The position numbers and the translations under genes were made by a program. The notes below the pieces were generated by a model, which did no database searches, was not told the origin of the DNA, and saw only the letters and a list, made by a program, of their open reading frames with translations. A DNA stretch of 64,000 bases from an uncultured Bacilli bacterium (lineage in GTDB: Bacteria > Bacillota_I > Bacilli_A > RF39 > UBA660), in assembly GCA_944332725.1 (NCBI GenBank), contig CALVKO010000001.1, positions 719-64,718 on the forward strand. Reading direction: 5' to 3'. Shown here piece by piece: positions 20,801-30,830 of the stretch (position 1 is the first letter of the stretch; each line of letters starts with the position of its first letter).

Positions 20801-21598
20801 AGTGGTTAAAGCAGCACAAGGTAAAACTCTACCCATTGCTGAATTTACTGGTTTCCAGTTTACATACCCTAAAAATCCTAATTCATAACTTGTTCCAAGA
20901 TACATTTTGCCATCAAAAGTCAACATCGTAATAGGCTCAACAGTAATCCACAAATTATTAAACAAAGCATCATCAGAATTAGAAGATGGATTAACAGATT
21001 CAGCAATATTTTTTAAATCATCTGCAGATAATCCAAATAATGTTGAATACAAACTAACGATTCTTGAATCATTTATATCCAATTTATCCGTATCAGCCCA
21101 TTCCCATATTCTATCCAAATCCCAATTTTCAATATATGATTGTAATGAAACATTAAAAGGTGAAAATAAACTACTTAAACTTTCGGCAGTATAAATATAA
21201 CCCTTAAAACTTTCCCATGGATTGCCATCACCAGATTTAGTTAATTTATTATAAACATTACACCCAGATGTTCCCATTATATATTGAACTTTACTACATC
21301 CTGTCCCTAATACAACATAATTATCACTACTGCCTAATATATTATAATGTTCGTTATATGCTATTATATTAGACGAATGACCAACTTGGGTACCATCTGT
21401 TTTTAATAATGTAACTCTCATACCCCTAATATATTTTGGACCATCTGAAGTTGCAAAATTTGTCCAATAATTATACTTATCAGTATTACTACCAGAACCT
21501 GAAGGCAAACTCGTAATATCCGTTGCAGCATTAATCTTTACATAACATACTGCTATACTAATCGCTAAAATTAATAAAACAAAATACTTTTTTTTCAT
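17813..21598 (-). CDS. Large (1261 aa) secreted Cys-rich protein of unknown function with a low-complexity DPDNPN repeat.
   Basis: N-terminal signal peptide MKKKYFVLLILAISIAVCYVKINA. Roughly 50 cysteines. Imperfect tandem repeats encode PEDDPDNPNDPDNPDNPNDPNNPN (nt ~18290-18360). The single frame is uninterrupted; internal small ORFs on other frames are spurious. Confidence 0.7.
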   Translation of the reverse strand: MKKKYFVLLILAISIAVCYVKINAATDITSLPSGSGSNTDKYNYWTNFATSDGPKYIRGMRVTLLKTDGTQVGHSSNIIAYNEHYNILGSSDNYVVLGTGCSKVQYIMGTSGCNVYNKLTKSGDGNPWESFKGYIYTAESLSSLFSPFNVSLQSYIENWDLDRIWEWADTDKLDINDSRIVSLYSTLFGLSADDLKNIAESVNPSSNSDDALFNNLWITVEPITMLTFDGKMYLGTSYELGFLGYVNWKPVNSAMGRVLPCAALTTGDIITRYKNVPGASSTSYFNGNLNIVDLSESASYSGGVSLQNVCAKTSGGKSSDILAEQYVTGNKGAGIGLVYFKDTVKLSLTCEEVNSGISNYSSFMSKLESTYRRSGLNGIYALPEVANGIKYTVNGKTNVADKVWYINECTCYGVYDAYKNSNNIELYNLVKNQIKSVFVQKQSFFVSFVESVKEQVNKISETNPSSVGVVTQWDYIKYENLNCGFATATCESVDFNKLDEESTLGYYGCYSKCRSQEGWGNTWRFYNCLYNCTSDNEQTNEKNKIIRSCQKLPLYPSTSFTDEYLDKNKELYKQCFELYNSQFGTNWTISSYQSAGCITQDEKVDIKKKYNCTPSYNVGTCINQENVFYTDTSQELNEEDYWKYCVFSDENAMYTINEHKWSDKNQPLTYYDENITSDYCEVYCIENLTGAFNSNTIKVKAGQHFVWNGHSVSGSRTCKTKSIEWNKFTTDLKNKNNEIEKAFNTYLVARDQQASVKQYTVKNGCSECVSWYPTHPCADGKGTCGGGCRRHRYWDETCIKWDSATYGSGATYAHGSAGSACSCSGYPSDDRFGRDSKYQTWDNMKDDAKYIYDQMKKCYNEDNGATWISSMSTADGEGSSWDQWLYIVEPSAIVKYNYTINGSTGLYSVNEEMDKKIEYTEKVNKNDCQTVSGGIEVLTSCNTSTNKCTRQMLGIKKCTKVEMTKGANIDFNIPAGIYEYINKDDNISFNASQLETLKSQYISQGKTFNYIYLGYSNFPVEYKTPDGIYGQEYGNGELSITYSNLGYKVPNKSTAVDSILDAIDKEKYGNWQCQFEVFSELIPEDDPDNPNDPDNPDNPNDPNNPNKGDINLIYRPIDLYDPFPDIDASGRETGSNWCYGLGDRTNCSNTNPVVDEFILNNRDVEGHEIYSEEPMYTFILTPSIIKEIRNYNDENSYAEYYGSYSGKTYDFKCNTGTGKTCISDYLSYLIDITGAKNQPGVCVDDRYRSYNDPNNFDNCRY

Positions 21599-21762
21599 TT
21601 AATCACACCTAATCAATTAATATTGATTCCTTTCTATTTTATAATTATTCTAGAAATTTAATATCATTAACATGTTATATCGTTTTACCATTCATCTTTA
21701 ATAATTATACCAAATTCAAAATAAATAGTAAATAAATATTTAATATTTTTTAATAGAAAGAT

Positions 21763-22167
21763 TTATCTTATATTATAAAAATTATCTATGTAATAAGGAT
21801 TCAATAAAATAGTATGAGAAGGATTATTTTCATCTATTTCAATATAACCGATTATATTTTCTGATGAAATAATATAATAATCACTTTCTTTTTTCACTAA
21901 ATAAGGTATATCTTCTTTATAACATCCGATAATAACCATTTCATCATTATTTTTTACAAATTGATTGCCTCTTCTAATGATAAATTTATCAACATCATCT
22001 AAATTATCTAAATACAACTGATTTAAAGTGCTCGATAATTTAGAATCTTCCATAAATAAACCATTTTCCATTATATTATTTCCATTCCCCTTACCAGTTA
22101 TATGATAAAAATATGCCATATCATTAAAATCTAAATTTTCAAAAAAATCTTTAGCATCCATTTCCAT
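21763..22167 (-). CDS. Hypothetical protein (134 aa).
   Basis: Clean ORF between the prepilin peptidase gene and the giant secreted-protein gene. No motif recognised. Confidence 0.45.
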   Translation of the reverse strand: MEMDAKDFFENLDFNDMAYFYHITGKGNGNNIMENGLFMEDSKLSSTLNQLYLDNLDDVDKFIIRRGNQFVKNNDEMVIIGCYKEDIPYLVKKESDYYIISSENIIGYIEIDENNPSHTILLNPYYIDNFYNIR

Positions 22168-22182
22168 TTACTTCCACCCCTC

Positions 22183-22995
22183 TCAAAAAATTTCAATTGA
22201 TGTTATTATCGATAAAATAACATCAAAATTAATATGACTATAATATAATATTAGTGCAGCTATACTTAAAAATGGTCCATAAGGTATTTCATGATTTTTA
22301 TTAGTTTTCAATATAAAAATAGAAACAGGTAAAGCAATAAAAGCAGATAAAAATATTGAAATAATTGCTAATTTCCAACCGATTATTAAACCAAATATAG
22401 CCATCAATTTAATATCGCCACCACCCATTGATTCTCTTTTAAATATAAAATCGCCAAACAATTTTAATAGCAACATTACTACAAAAGAGATTAAGGCACT
22501 TAATAAAGAACTTAAAAGAATATCAAATCCATATATAAAATAAATTTCAATTATTAAGAGAACTCCAAATATAATTAAAACACTATCTTCAATAATCATG
22601 TAATAATAATCGCTTAATATAACTATTATCAATAATGAAGTAAAAGTTAAAGCAATTATTAAATCTAGAGAAATACCAAATGATAAATAACAAATAACAA
22701 ATAATAATCCACAAATTATTTCTGATATTGGATAAAATATAGATATTTTACACTTACAATTAAAACATTTACCTTTTTGAAATATGTAAGATAATATAGG
22801 TATTAATTCAAACCAATTTAACACATGATTACAATTTGGGCAATGACTACTTGGATAAACAATTGATTCTCCTTTTGGTAATCTATATGCTACAACATTA
22901 TAGAAGGAACCAAATATGGTTCCTAATATAAATAATCCAATTATAAAACTTATTTCCATAAATATCCCCCTACATTTGTAAAGTACCATAGACAC
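22183..22995 (-). CDS. Prepilin peptidase (A24 family, PilD/ComC-like).
   Basis: N-terminal CxxC...CxxC zinc motif (CPNCNHV...CFNCKC), multi-TM body, and GGGDIKLMAIFG around the catalytic Asp. Confidence 0.85.
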   Translation of the reverse strand: MSMVLYKCRGIFMEISFIIGLFILGTIFGSFYNVVAYRLPKGESIVYPSSHCPNCNHVLNWFELIPILSYIFQKGKCFNCKCKISIFYPISEIICGLLFVICYLSFGISLDLIIALTFTSLLIIVILSDYYYMIIEDSVLIIFGVLLIIEIYFIYGFDILLSSLLSALISFVVMLLLKLFGDFIFKRESMGGGDIKLMAIFGLIIGWKLAIISIFLSAFIALPVSIFILKTNKNHEIPYGPFLSIAALILYYSHINFDVILSIITSIEIF

Positions 22996-24934
22996 TAAAC
23001 ATTGGAATTACTATTGATAACACTATTCCTCCAACTGTAAATGTTAAAAATAAAATTAAGGCTGGTTCTATAAATGTTTTAATTCTAGTAACTGCATTCC
23101 TATGTAATTCTTGATAATAACTAGACACTTTACTCATCATTTCCGCTAATTGACCAGTTCTTTCACCTGTTATTATCATCTCATAAGCAGGTATCGGAAA
23201 TGCCCAATGATCTTTAAATGCTAGGGAAATTTTTTCTCCTTTAGCTAAATTAGTTATCGTATCAAGAATCAACATTTTATATATTTCATTATTAGTTATC
23301 TTATTTAGTATTTCCATACTATCAGTAATAAATACATTATGCGCTAAAAGCGATGCAAACGTCTTAGTAAACATGGTAACTTCATTATATATAATAACAT
23401 TACCAAAAATAGGCATATGCATTAAAAACCATTGTATTGTAGTTTTAAATGCTTTAACATTTTTATATAAGTAAACAAATATTATAATAAATAAACAAAT
23501 TCCAATTATTAAATATAAATAATATTTTTGTAAAAAACTACTTAACGACATAACAAATAAAGTTATATCCGGTATCTTTGCACCATCTATTCCTTCATAG
23601 ATTTCAACAAATTGTGGAACAACCCATACCATTATAAATACTACTGCTGCAATTGCAAAAACAAATATAATTGCAGGATATGTCATAGCGGTAATCATCT
23701 GTTTTCTTGTTTTATCTGATTCTGTAAAATAATTTGCCATATCATCTAATACCTCAGGCAATTCACCAGTCATTTCAGATGCTTTAACCATATTTATAAA
23801 TAATCTTGGAAATGCTTCTCCTTGCTTATCCATTGCTGTAGAAAAGTTATCACCCATTGTTAAATCATATATCATCATTCTAAATATTCTAACATATGAA
23901 CTTTTTTTAAATTGGTGAGATAATATTTTTAAGGCTTCTACTAATGGAATACCTGCTTTTATATAAGTAGATAATTGAGTACAGAAGAAAATCAAATCTC
24001 GTGTCTTTATTCTTTTATGATTAGTAGATGTGCCATTACCATATATTCTTTGAATCCATTTATTAGTTTCAATACTATAAACTTCATTACCTTCACTTAA
24101 TAAAAATGAATGTACTTCTACTTTTGAATAAGCAGGAAAGTATCCTTTTATTATTTTGCCATCTGGATCCTTTGCTACATATTTATACATAACTTTTTCT
24201 TCACTTTTTTCGGCATCGGCGCCTTCAAAATCTAATAAAAGTGCTTCTCTATTAATATCGTTTTTATTTTTCACATCTTTTACAAATCGATTGTTTGAAA
24301 TAGATTCTTTAATTTTTTTAGGTAAATTCCCTATTGCTATAAAAAGCGAATTAATATAATCAGACAATTTCTTTTTCTCTATTACAACATTTTCGTTGAT
24401 ATAAATGTCTGCTTTTCTTTTTTCTTTTAATTCTTCTTTTTTCTTAGCAATTTTTTCTTTTTCTTTCTTTCTATTTTCTGCTAATCTTTTCTTATTTTCT
24501 TCATCAATTTGTCTATTTCTTTCTCTAGCAAGTGCTTTTTTTTCTTGCTCCATTTGTTGTTTTTGAAGCATTTTGTTATTAATATCATTTAATTTGATAA
24601 AGCCTCTTACAATTATTACAAATGGAAAAACAAAACCAAATACTACATATTTTATGAATAAATAAACAAATCTTGATAAAACAATAAAGCCAATAAATAA
24701 ATATTTCAAAAATTTATACCAAAAATATGATAAATATAAAAATATATAACTCATCATTTTTATAAAATATAGTAAAGTTGACATAACAATATCTATAAAA
24801 ATAAATAATGTAATAAAAAATCCAACATTTATATATTTTATTAATTTAATCAAAAAAACAAACAAAAAACGCACCATTTTGTAAACATATATAAATGGCA
24901 TTAAATATACTGGTTTATTCAATAGTATCACCAC
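22970..24934 (-). CDS. Type II secretion / type IV pilus platform protein (GspF/PilC/ComGB family) with a ~235-aa N-terminal membrane plus K/E-rich coiled-coil extension.
   Basis: The canonical PilC start MYKYVAKDPDGKIIKGY and two GspF repeats (GIPLVEALKIL..., ...MPIFGNVI...) occupy the C-terminal ~415 aa. The upstream ~235 aa are in-frame TM hairpins plus a charged coiled coil. An alternative internal start is near 24217. Confidence 0.75.
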   Translation of the reverse strand: MVILLNKPVYLMPFIYVYKMVRFLFVFLIKLIKYINVGFFITLFIFIDIVMSTLLYFIKMMSYIFLYLSYFWYKFLKYLFIGFIVLSRFVYLFIKYVVFGFVFPFVIIVRGFIKLNDINNKMLQKQQMEQEKKALARERNRQIDEENKKRLAENRKKEKEKIAKKKEELKEKRKADIYINENVVIEKKKLSDYINSLFIAIGNLPKKIKESISNNRFVKDVKNKNDINREALLLDFEGADAEKSEEKVMYKYVAKDPDGKIIKGYFPAYSKVEVHSFLLSEGNEVYSIETNKWIQRIYGNGTSTNHKRIKTRDLIFFCTQLSTYIKAGIPLVEALKILSHQFKKSSYVRIFRMMIYDLTMGDNFSTAMDKQGEAFPRLFINMVKASEMTGELPEVLDDMANYFTESDKTRKQMITAMTYPAIIFVFAIAAVVFIMVWVVPQFVEIYEGIDGAKIPDITLFVMSLSSFLQKYYLYLIIGICLFIIIFVYLYKNVKAFKTTIQWFLMHMPIFGNVIIYNEVTMFTKTFASLLAHNVFITDSMEILNKITNNEIYKMLILDTITNLAKGEKISLAFKDHWAFPIPAYEMIITGERTGQLAEMMSKVSSYYQELHRNAVTRIKTFIEPALILFLTFTVGGIVLSIVIPMFSVYGTLQM

Positions 24935-25039
24935 GCATTCCCTTTTGTTATTCTTACACTATTATGATTATACCATATTTTTCTAAAAAGTAAAACTTTT
25001 TTTGTAAAATTCATATAATATTTTGAAAGGAGGAAAATC

Positions 25040-25372
25040 ATGAATTTTTATCCATATTATAATTTTCCTTACGCTTCTTTTTCTCAAATACCTAAGGCTG
25101 GAGGATTAAAATCATTATTTGGGGGTATCAAATGGAGTTCTATTTTAAGCGGAACACAAAAAACTTTAAATGTTGTTAATCAAGCAATTCCCATTATTAA
25201 ACAAGCAGGGCCTGTTATTAATAATGCTAAAACTATGTTTAGGGTTATGAATGAATTTAAAAAAGTTGATGTTCCTCAGAATAATATAATTGAAAACCCT
25301 GCTTCTCAAATTAATAGTCCCGAAACAAAAACAGAAAAAAATAATACAATTGGTCCTACTTTTTTCCAATAA
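25040..25372 (+). CDS. Hypothetical small protein (110 aa).
   Basis: A strong AAGGAGG RBS precedes the ATG. It is transcribed divergently from the PilC-like gene. No recognised motif. Confidence 0.5.
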   Translation: MNFYPYYNFPYASFSQIPKAGGLKSLFGGIKWSSILSGTQKTLNVVNQAIPIIKQAGPVINNAKTMFRVMNEFKKVDVPQNNIIENPASQINSPETKTEKNNTIGPTFFQ

Positions 25373-25398
25373 AAAAGTCGAATTTAATCGGCTTTTTT
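25372..25398. terminator. Bidirectional terminator between the 110-aa gene and typA.
   Basis: AAAAAA-GTCGA-ATTTAA-TCGGC-TTTTTT. Confidence 0.5.
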
Positions 25399-27195
25399 AC
25401 TATCTTGTTTTTTTCTTAATTCAGTATTTAAAATTTTTTTTCTTAACCTATAACTTATTGGTGTCACTTCAACTAACTCATCATTGTTAATGTAATCTAA
25501 ACATACTTCTAAACTTAACAATCTTGGTCTTTTTAAAACAACTGTATGATCACTACCACTTGCTCTAGTATTAGTTAATTTTTTACCTTTTACAACATTT
25601 ACCGCTAAATCATTATCATGATTATTTTCACCTACTATCATACCTTCATATACTTCAGCACCTGGTTCAATAAACATAACTCCTCTATCTTCTAATTGTC
25701 CTAAAGCATAAGCAGTTGCTTTACCATTTTCCATAGAAACCAATACACCTTGTTTTCTTTGCCCTACTTTAGATCCTGCTAATTTACGATATTCTTTAAA
25801 TGTATGATTAATAATACCGTAACCTTTAGTCATCGTCATAAATTCCGTCATAAAACCAATTAATCCTCGTGAAGGAACAATATAACTTAATCTTACTTGA
25901 TTATCATGACTTGTCATATTAACCATTTCCCCATCACGATTTCCTAATGCTTCTATTACTGGACCAACATATTCTTCTGGTACTTCAACTAAAACATCTT
26001 CAAAAGGTTCACATTTAATTCCGTCTATTTCTTTAATAATTACTTGTGGTTTAGATACTTGAAGTTCAAAACCTTCTCTTCGCATATTTTCAATTAAAAT
26101 AGATAAATGAAGTTCTCCTCTACCAGATACTATAAATGATTCACTATCATTAGGTTCTACTTTTAAAGATACATCTCTTTCAGTCTCTTTATATAATCTT
26201 TCTTCTATTTTTCTAGCAGTTAATAATTTTCCCTCTCTTCCACAAAATGGACTAGTATTAACCCCAAATGTCATCTGTAATGTTGGTTCATCTATTCTAA
26301 GTAAAGGCAAAGCATCTTCTTTACCTTGCGTACATACAGTTTCACCAACTTCAATATCAGGTAATCCTGCTATCGCAACTATTTCACCGGCTTTAGCTTC
26401 ATTTATTTCAATTCTTTTTAATCCTAAATATCCATACATTTTTTGAATTCTAAATTGTTTAATTGTTCCATCTCTTCTTACACAAGAAACTAATTCATTT
26501 ACTTTTGCTTTACCTCTTTTAACTCTACCAATACCAATTCTCCCAACAAAATCATTATAATCTAATAAGGCTGGTTGAAACTGAAATCCACCTTCTAAAT
26601 CGACATTAGGTGCAGGTATATAATTTACAATCGCTTCTAATATTGGTTGCATAGTGTGTTCTTGTGTTTCAATTTCTGGATGAATACTAGATGTACCATT
26701 AATAGCAGATGCATAAATTATTGGAAAATCCAATTGATCTATATCTGCACCTAAATCAATAAATAAATCTAATACCTCATCAATTACTTCTTTAGGACGA
26801 GCAGTAGGTTTATCTATTTTATTAACTACAACTATTGGCGTTACTCCTGCTTCTAAGGCTTTCTTTAAAACAAATCTAGTTTGTGGCATAGTTCCTTCAT
26901 AAGCATCAACTACTAATAAAACACCATCAACCATATTCATAATTCTTTCTACTTCACCGCCAAAATCAGCGTGTCCAGGTGTATCTAATATATTTATTCT
27001 ATAACCATCATAATTTATAGCCGTAGTTTTAGCTAAAATAGTAATTCCTCTTTCTTTTTCAATATCATTAGAATCCATAGAATATGTATTTTCATTTTCT
27101 CTAAAAGTTCCTGACATTTCTAACAATTTATCTACTAATGTTGTTTTTCCATGATCAACATGAGCAATAATTGCAATATTTCTTATTTTCTCCAT
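25384..27195 (-). CDS. typA: Translational GTPase TypA/BipA.
   Basis: G-domain motifs [15 protein letters not shown] and NKID. Length is 603 aa with an EF-G-like domain order. Confidence 0.95.
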   Translation of the reverse strand: MEKIRNIAIIAHVDHGKTTLVDKLLEMSGTFRENENTYSMDSNDIEKERGITILAKTTAINYDGYRINILDTPGHADFGGEVERIMNMVDGVLLVVDAYEGTMPQTRFVLKKALEAGVTPIVVVNKIDKPTARPKEVIDEVLDLFIDLGADIDQLDFPIIYASAINGTSSIHPEIETQEHTMQPILEAIVNYIPAPNVDLEGGFQFQPALLDYNDFVGRIGIGRVKRGKAKVNELVSCVRRDGTIKQFRIQKMYGYLGLKRIEINEAKAGEIVAIAGLPDIEVGETVCTQGKEDALPLLRIDEPTLQMTFGVNTSPFCGREGKLLTARKIEERLYKETERDVSLKVEPNDSESFIVSGRGELHLSILIENMRREGFELQVSKPQVIIKEIDGIKCEPFEDVLVEVPEEYVGPVIEALGNRDGEMVNMTSHDNQVRLSYIVPSRGLIGFMTEFMTMTKGYGIINHTFKEYRKLAGSKVGQRKQGVLVSMENGKATAYALGQLEDRGVMFIEPGAEVYEGMIVGENNHDNDLAVNVVKGKKLTNTRASGSDHTVVLKRPRLLSLEVCLDYINNDELVEVTPISYRLRKKILNTELRKKQDSKKAD

Positions 27196-27276
27196 AGAAT
27201 CAACTCCCTAATCAACTGTGTAATTATAACACGTTTTAAATTATTTGTAAAGAAAAATAAAAGTGTTTAACTTTTA

Positions 27277-27993
27277 TTAAAATTCTTCTTTTTTTCTAAA
27301 TTTCAAAACAATAACTACAGTAACAATTACAGCAACTACTGCAACACCAACACCAATTAATAACATATTGTTGTTTTTTTCTTCAACTACTGTTTTTTCA
27401 TTTTCAAAATCAAAACTAAATTTTATTTCACCATCATCTGGTGTTACAAGATTCCAAGTCAAAGTTTTTTTATCCTCAGATATACTAGTTGCATTGCTAC
27501 TATTAGGTACAACTGGTAATGTTACAATAAATTTAGTATCATTTTCGAAATCATCCCTTATATTTATACCTGAATATTTAAAATTAGCTATATAGGTATT
27601 TTCTTCTTTTTTAAATATTTTAAAATCTAATATACTATATGTATCGGCAATTTCAAAATTAGCATCATCACCCGTTACATTTTCTATATTATCTATTTTT
27701 GTAATAAACTTAAATCCTTTGTAATCTCCTTCTTCATATCTTTCATAAGTATAGTATGATTCAAGCTCTGAAATTCCCAATTCTTCTTCTAAAGCTTTCC
27801 ACCTTTCATCATCAGAATAAGTTTTATCAGTATTATTTTTTTCATTTAAAAATGCATCAATAAATTCATTATCATAAGATACTAACATCGAGATATCAAT
27901 TGATTTATCATCATTAATAACAAAATTAAAATTTTGCTTAGTACCACACCCAGTTACTAATAAGACTAATAAAATTACTAATATTTTTTTCAT
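27277..27993 (-). CDS. Lipoprotein with a C-terminal TM anchor (unknown function).
   Basis: Lipobox LLVTGC after a signal peptide. The C-terminus has the hydrophobic stretch LLIGVGVAVVAVIVTVVIVL followed by KFRKK. Confidence 0.6.
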   Translation of the reverse strand: MKKILVILLVLLVTGCGTKQNFNFVINDDKSIDISMLVSYDNEFIDAFLNEKNNTDKTYSDDERWKALEEELGISELESYYTYERYEEGDYKGFKFITKIDNIENVTGDDANFEIADTYSILDFKIFKKEENTYIANFKYSGINIRDDFENDTKFIVTLPVVPNSSNATSISEDKKTLTWNLVTPDDGEIKFSFDFENEKTVVEEKNNNMLLIGVGVAVVAVIVTVVIVLKFRKKEEF

Positions 27994-29642
27994 AAATCTC
28001 TTCCCTTCTTAAATCTATTAATTATTTTATTTACAAATTTATCACCAAATACTACATTAAATAAATTATTTTTGTATGATAAATAAAAATATATTATTGC
28101 TCCGATACTAGCATATATAACAATTTCAACAAATGACCATAATCTCGTTGTTGGAAAACTTCCCAAAAATAACCTTATTATCATTAAAGATAACATCATT
28201 ATCCCATTTATTAATATAATTTTTATACTTGGCTCTAAACTACTTTTATAACTTAAACTATATATTTTTCTTAATTTATATAATAAATAGATAACTGCTA
28301 ATAATTGAACAACCATTGTAGTTAATATAGTTCCATAATATGCTTCAAAGCCAATAAACTTCACAAAATACATAGATGGAATATTTAATATTGCTTTTAA
28401 AATAAAACTACCTAATAATGTGCCTAACGCTAACTTAGGATTATTTAATGCATTAGTCGTATCGACTAAAATATAGAAAAACGAGTTAATTATAGTTTGT
28501 AAAATAAAGAAACTAAATACTTTTACACTTAAACTATCATAACCATAAAATATTGTCCAAACACTACTAGATAAAAAACATAATCCTAAAGTCATCGGTA
28601 AAGAAATAAATAAAATCATTTTTAATGTTTGATTTATTTTTAACGATACATCATTATAATTTTTCAATGTTGCACTTCTTACAATATTAGGTATTATACT
28701 AACTGTTAAACCAAAAGTAACCGCTAAAATAATCATATTTAATTTAGATCCCCAAGTAGTTACAATACTTAAAACATTTTCTGCTGTATTAATATCATAT
28801 CCTAATGGAACTAATCCTCTTACAATTGTAAATACATCAACTGTATTATATACTGATCTTATTAATTCAATTAAGATAAATGGTAAAGAATATAAAACTA
28901 TTCTCTTAAAAATTATTTTATTAGTTAATTTTCTTTCTTCTTTTTTTGGTAATTCATCTCTTTTTAATATTTCTCTATTTTTATTTATTTTATTGATTAC
29001 ATATAGATACGCTGTTAAAGCACCTGCTGTTGCTCCAAAGGTTGCAACACCAACTGTTGTAGCAATTGATAAATGAAATACTTTTAAAGTTAAATAGCTA
29101 CCACCTACAATCACTATTACTCTTACTAACTGTTCAATTACATTTGCTATAGCAGGAACAACCATCATTCTATGTCCTTGAACATAACCCTTGCTTACGC
29201 TTAAAATAGGTATAAATAATAAAGCAGTTGATATAACTCTAATTACAAACGTTATATCTTCTATACTATTACCGCCTTCGATATCTCCTATTATTAAATA
29301 AGATATTTGTGGTGCGAAAACAAATAAAATGATAAAACTTATTAATCCTAAAATAACTATTAAATATTTGCCTATTTTGTATGCTCTTTCCTGTGCATCA
29401 TAGTAACCTAAAGTGTTATATTCACTAACAGTTTTAGCCATCGCACTAGGTATTCCCGTTGATGATAATGATGCGAAAACTGAATAAATTGTATAAGCAT
29501 AACTATATAAAATAGCACCCTGTGTTCCTATTATTGCTCTAAAAGGAATAACATAAATTATACCTAATACTTTACATAAAACTATTCCAATAGTTGATAT
29601 TAATGCTCCTTCAACAAAGCTGTTTTTTTTCAATATAATCAC
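27990..29642 (-). CDS. MOP-superfamily flippase / polysaccharide biosynthesis protein.
   Basis: About 14 TM helices and an N-terminal region typical of Wzx/MurJ/SpoVB-type exporters. It overlaps the upstream Fic gene and the downstream lipoprotein gene by 4 nt each. Confidence 0.7.
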   Translation of the reverse strand: MIILKKNSFVEGALISTIGIVLCKVLGIIYVIPFRAIIGTQGAILYSYAYTIYSVFASLSSTGIPSAMAKTVSEYNTLGYYDAQERAYKIGKYLIVILGLISFIILFVFAPQISYLIIGDIEGGNSIEDITFVIRVISTALLFIPILSVSKGYVQGHRMMVVPAIANVIEQLVRVIVIVGGSYLTLKVFHLSIATTVGVATFGATAGALTAYLYVINKINKNREILKRDELPKKEERKLTNKIIFKRIVLYSLPFILIELIRSVYNTVDVFTIVRGLVPLGYDINTAENVLSIVTTWGSKLNMIILAVTFGLTVSIIPNIVRSATLKNYNDVSLKINQTLKMILFISLPMTLGLCFLSSSVWTIFYGYDSLSVKVFSFFILQTIINSFFYILVDTTNALNNPKLALGTLLGSFILKAILNIPSMYFVKFIGFEAYYGTILTTMVVQLLAVIYLLYKLRKIYSLSYKSSLEPSIKIILINGIMMLSLMIIRLFLGSFPTTRLWSFVEIVIYASIGAIIYFYLSYKNNLFNVVFGDKFVNKIINRFKKGRDL

Positions 29643-30604
29643 TTCCTTATGTTCCAGTAACCACCATTATCTGAACCGATTCTTTCTATAAAATTATTAT
29701 CGATTAATTTTTTTAAATTGTACTTAACTCCATCTGGTGTAATATTTAGTTTTTTAGCTAATTCATTTCTAGTAATACTAGGATTTTCATTTATATACTC
29801 TAATATTTTAATTTGATTTTTATTTAATTTCTGGGTAGTTTTCTGGGTAGTTTTTTCTAATGAAGAATTAATAATTTTCAACATAAAACTAATAAATATA
29901 TTAGCATTTCCATTAATATGACATTGAGCAATAGAATTATAATATTCTTCTTGATTTATATAAATTTCTTCTTCGATTGGAATATATTTAAAATTTTTAT
30001 TCCAATCAGTTAAAATTAAAGTTATCCAAAACCTTGCTAATCTTCCATTTCCATCACTAAATGGATGAATAGTTATAAAATAATAATGAAAAATAGAAGC
30101 AAGTATAATTGGATGAAGATCATTACCATTGATATATTCAAATAAACTTTCCATAAGAGATGGTACAACTAAAGAATTTGGTGCCATATAAATTATTTCA
30201 TCATCTTTCTTTGTTCCTTCACCGTGATTCCGATAGTAACCATTGTCATCATCAAAATATCTCATAAGCACTGTGTGTGCTTTTAAAAAATCTTCTTCAC
30301 TTTTCCAATTATAATCATCAATATGCTCATATAATTCATTAGCATTTTTTACTTCTTGAATTTCTTTTCTACTTCCTAATACTAATTTGTTTTCGATAAT
30401 ATTTTCAATTGAATTTAATGATAAGGTATTTTCTTCAATTGCAAGTGAAGAATAAATAGACCTTACCCTAGACTTAATTTGTAAATTTTTTTTTATACTA
30501 TTTTCTATTTTTATTAAAGATAAATTTTTTTCAATGTTTTTGATAATATTTTTATTATCTTCACTTATATAAAATATTGGATTTATTTTATCAAAATCTT
30601 TCAC
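29639..30604 (-). CDS. Fic family protein with a C-terminal wHTH.
   Basis: Fic motif HPFSDGNGRLARF. GTG start. Contains a 12-bp tandem duplication encoding KTTQKTTQK. Confidence 0.85.
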   Translation of the reverse strand: MKDFDKINPIFYISEDNKNIIKNIEKNLSLIKIENSIKKNLQIKSRVRSIYSSLAIEENTLSLNSIENIIENKLVLGSRKEIQEVKNANELYEHIDDYNWKSEEDFLKAHTVLMRYFDDDNGYYRNHGEGTKKDDEIIYMAPNSLVVPSLMESLFEYINGNDLHPIILASIFHYYFITIHPFSDGNGRLARFWITLILTDWNKNFKYIPIEEEIYINQEEYYNSIAQCHINGNANIFISFMLKIINSSLEKTTQKTTQKLNKNQIKILEYINENPSITRNELAKKLNITPDGVKYNLKKLIDNNFIERIGSDNGGYWNIRK

Positions 30605-30616
30605 TGCTTCACCTCA

Positions 30617-30784
30617 TTATTTTCTATATACTATCATCGCTGAAAAACAATATAATTGTTCTTCTCCTACTATACTAATAGCCACTTGATATTTAATATC
30701 AATAATTTCTTTATCTTTAATAAATTCGTTAACACTATCTTCTAAATCTTTTTCATGTCCTTCATCAAATATTTTAACATTCAT
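30617..30784 (-). CDS. Small (55 aa) Cse60-like protein.
   Basis: ORF below the track threshold with an AGGTGA RBS. MNVKIFDEGHEKDLEDSVNEFI...IKYQVA...YCFSAMIVYRK recalls the Cse60 small-protein family. This rests on memory of the family consensus. Confidence 0.4.
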   Translation of the reverse strand: MNVKIFDEGHEKDLEDSVNEFIKDKEIIDIKYQVAISIVGEEQLYCFSAMIVYRK

Positions 30785-30830
30785 TTTTATTCACCTAAAT
30801 AATAATAACACATTAAAATATCTAAAATTG

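Noticed and set aside
18705-21194. Several 60-95-aa ORFs on other frames and strands inside the 1261-aa gene (18705-18908, 19066-19311, 19157-19360, 19921-20115, 20907-21194).
   Set aside because: They lie entirely inside a long uninterrupted ORF with a signal peptide. They have no RBS and show low-complexity translations, typical of spurious shadow ORFs.
24217-24934. Splitting the PilC-like ORF into an upstream membrane gene plus a canonical pilC starting at MYKYVAKD.
   Set aside because: There is no stop codon between the two parts, and only a weak RBS (GAAGAAAAAG) precedes the internal ATG. It is kept as one CDS, with the alternative start noted.
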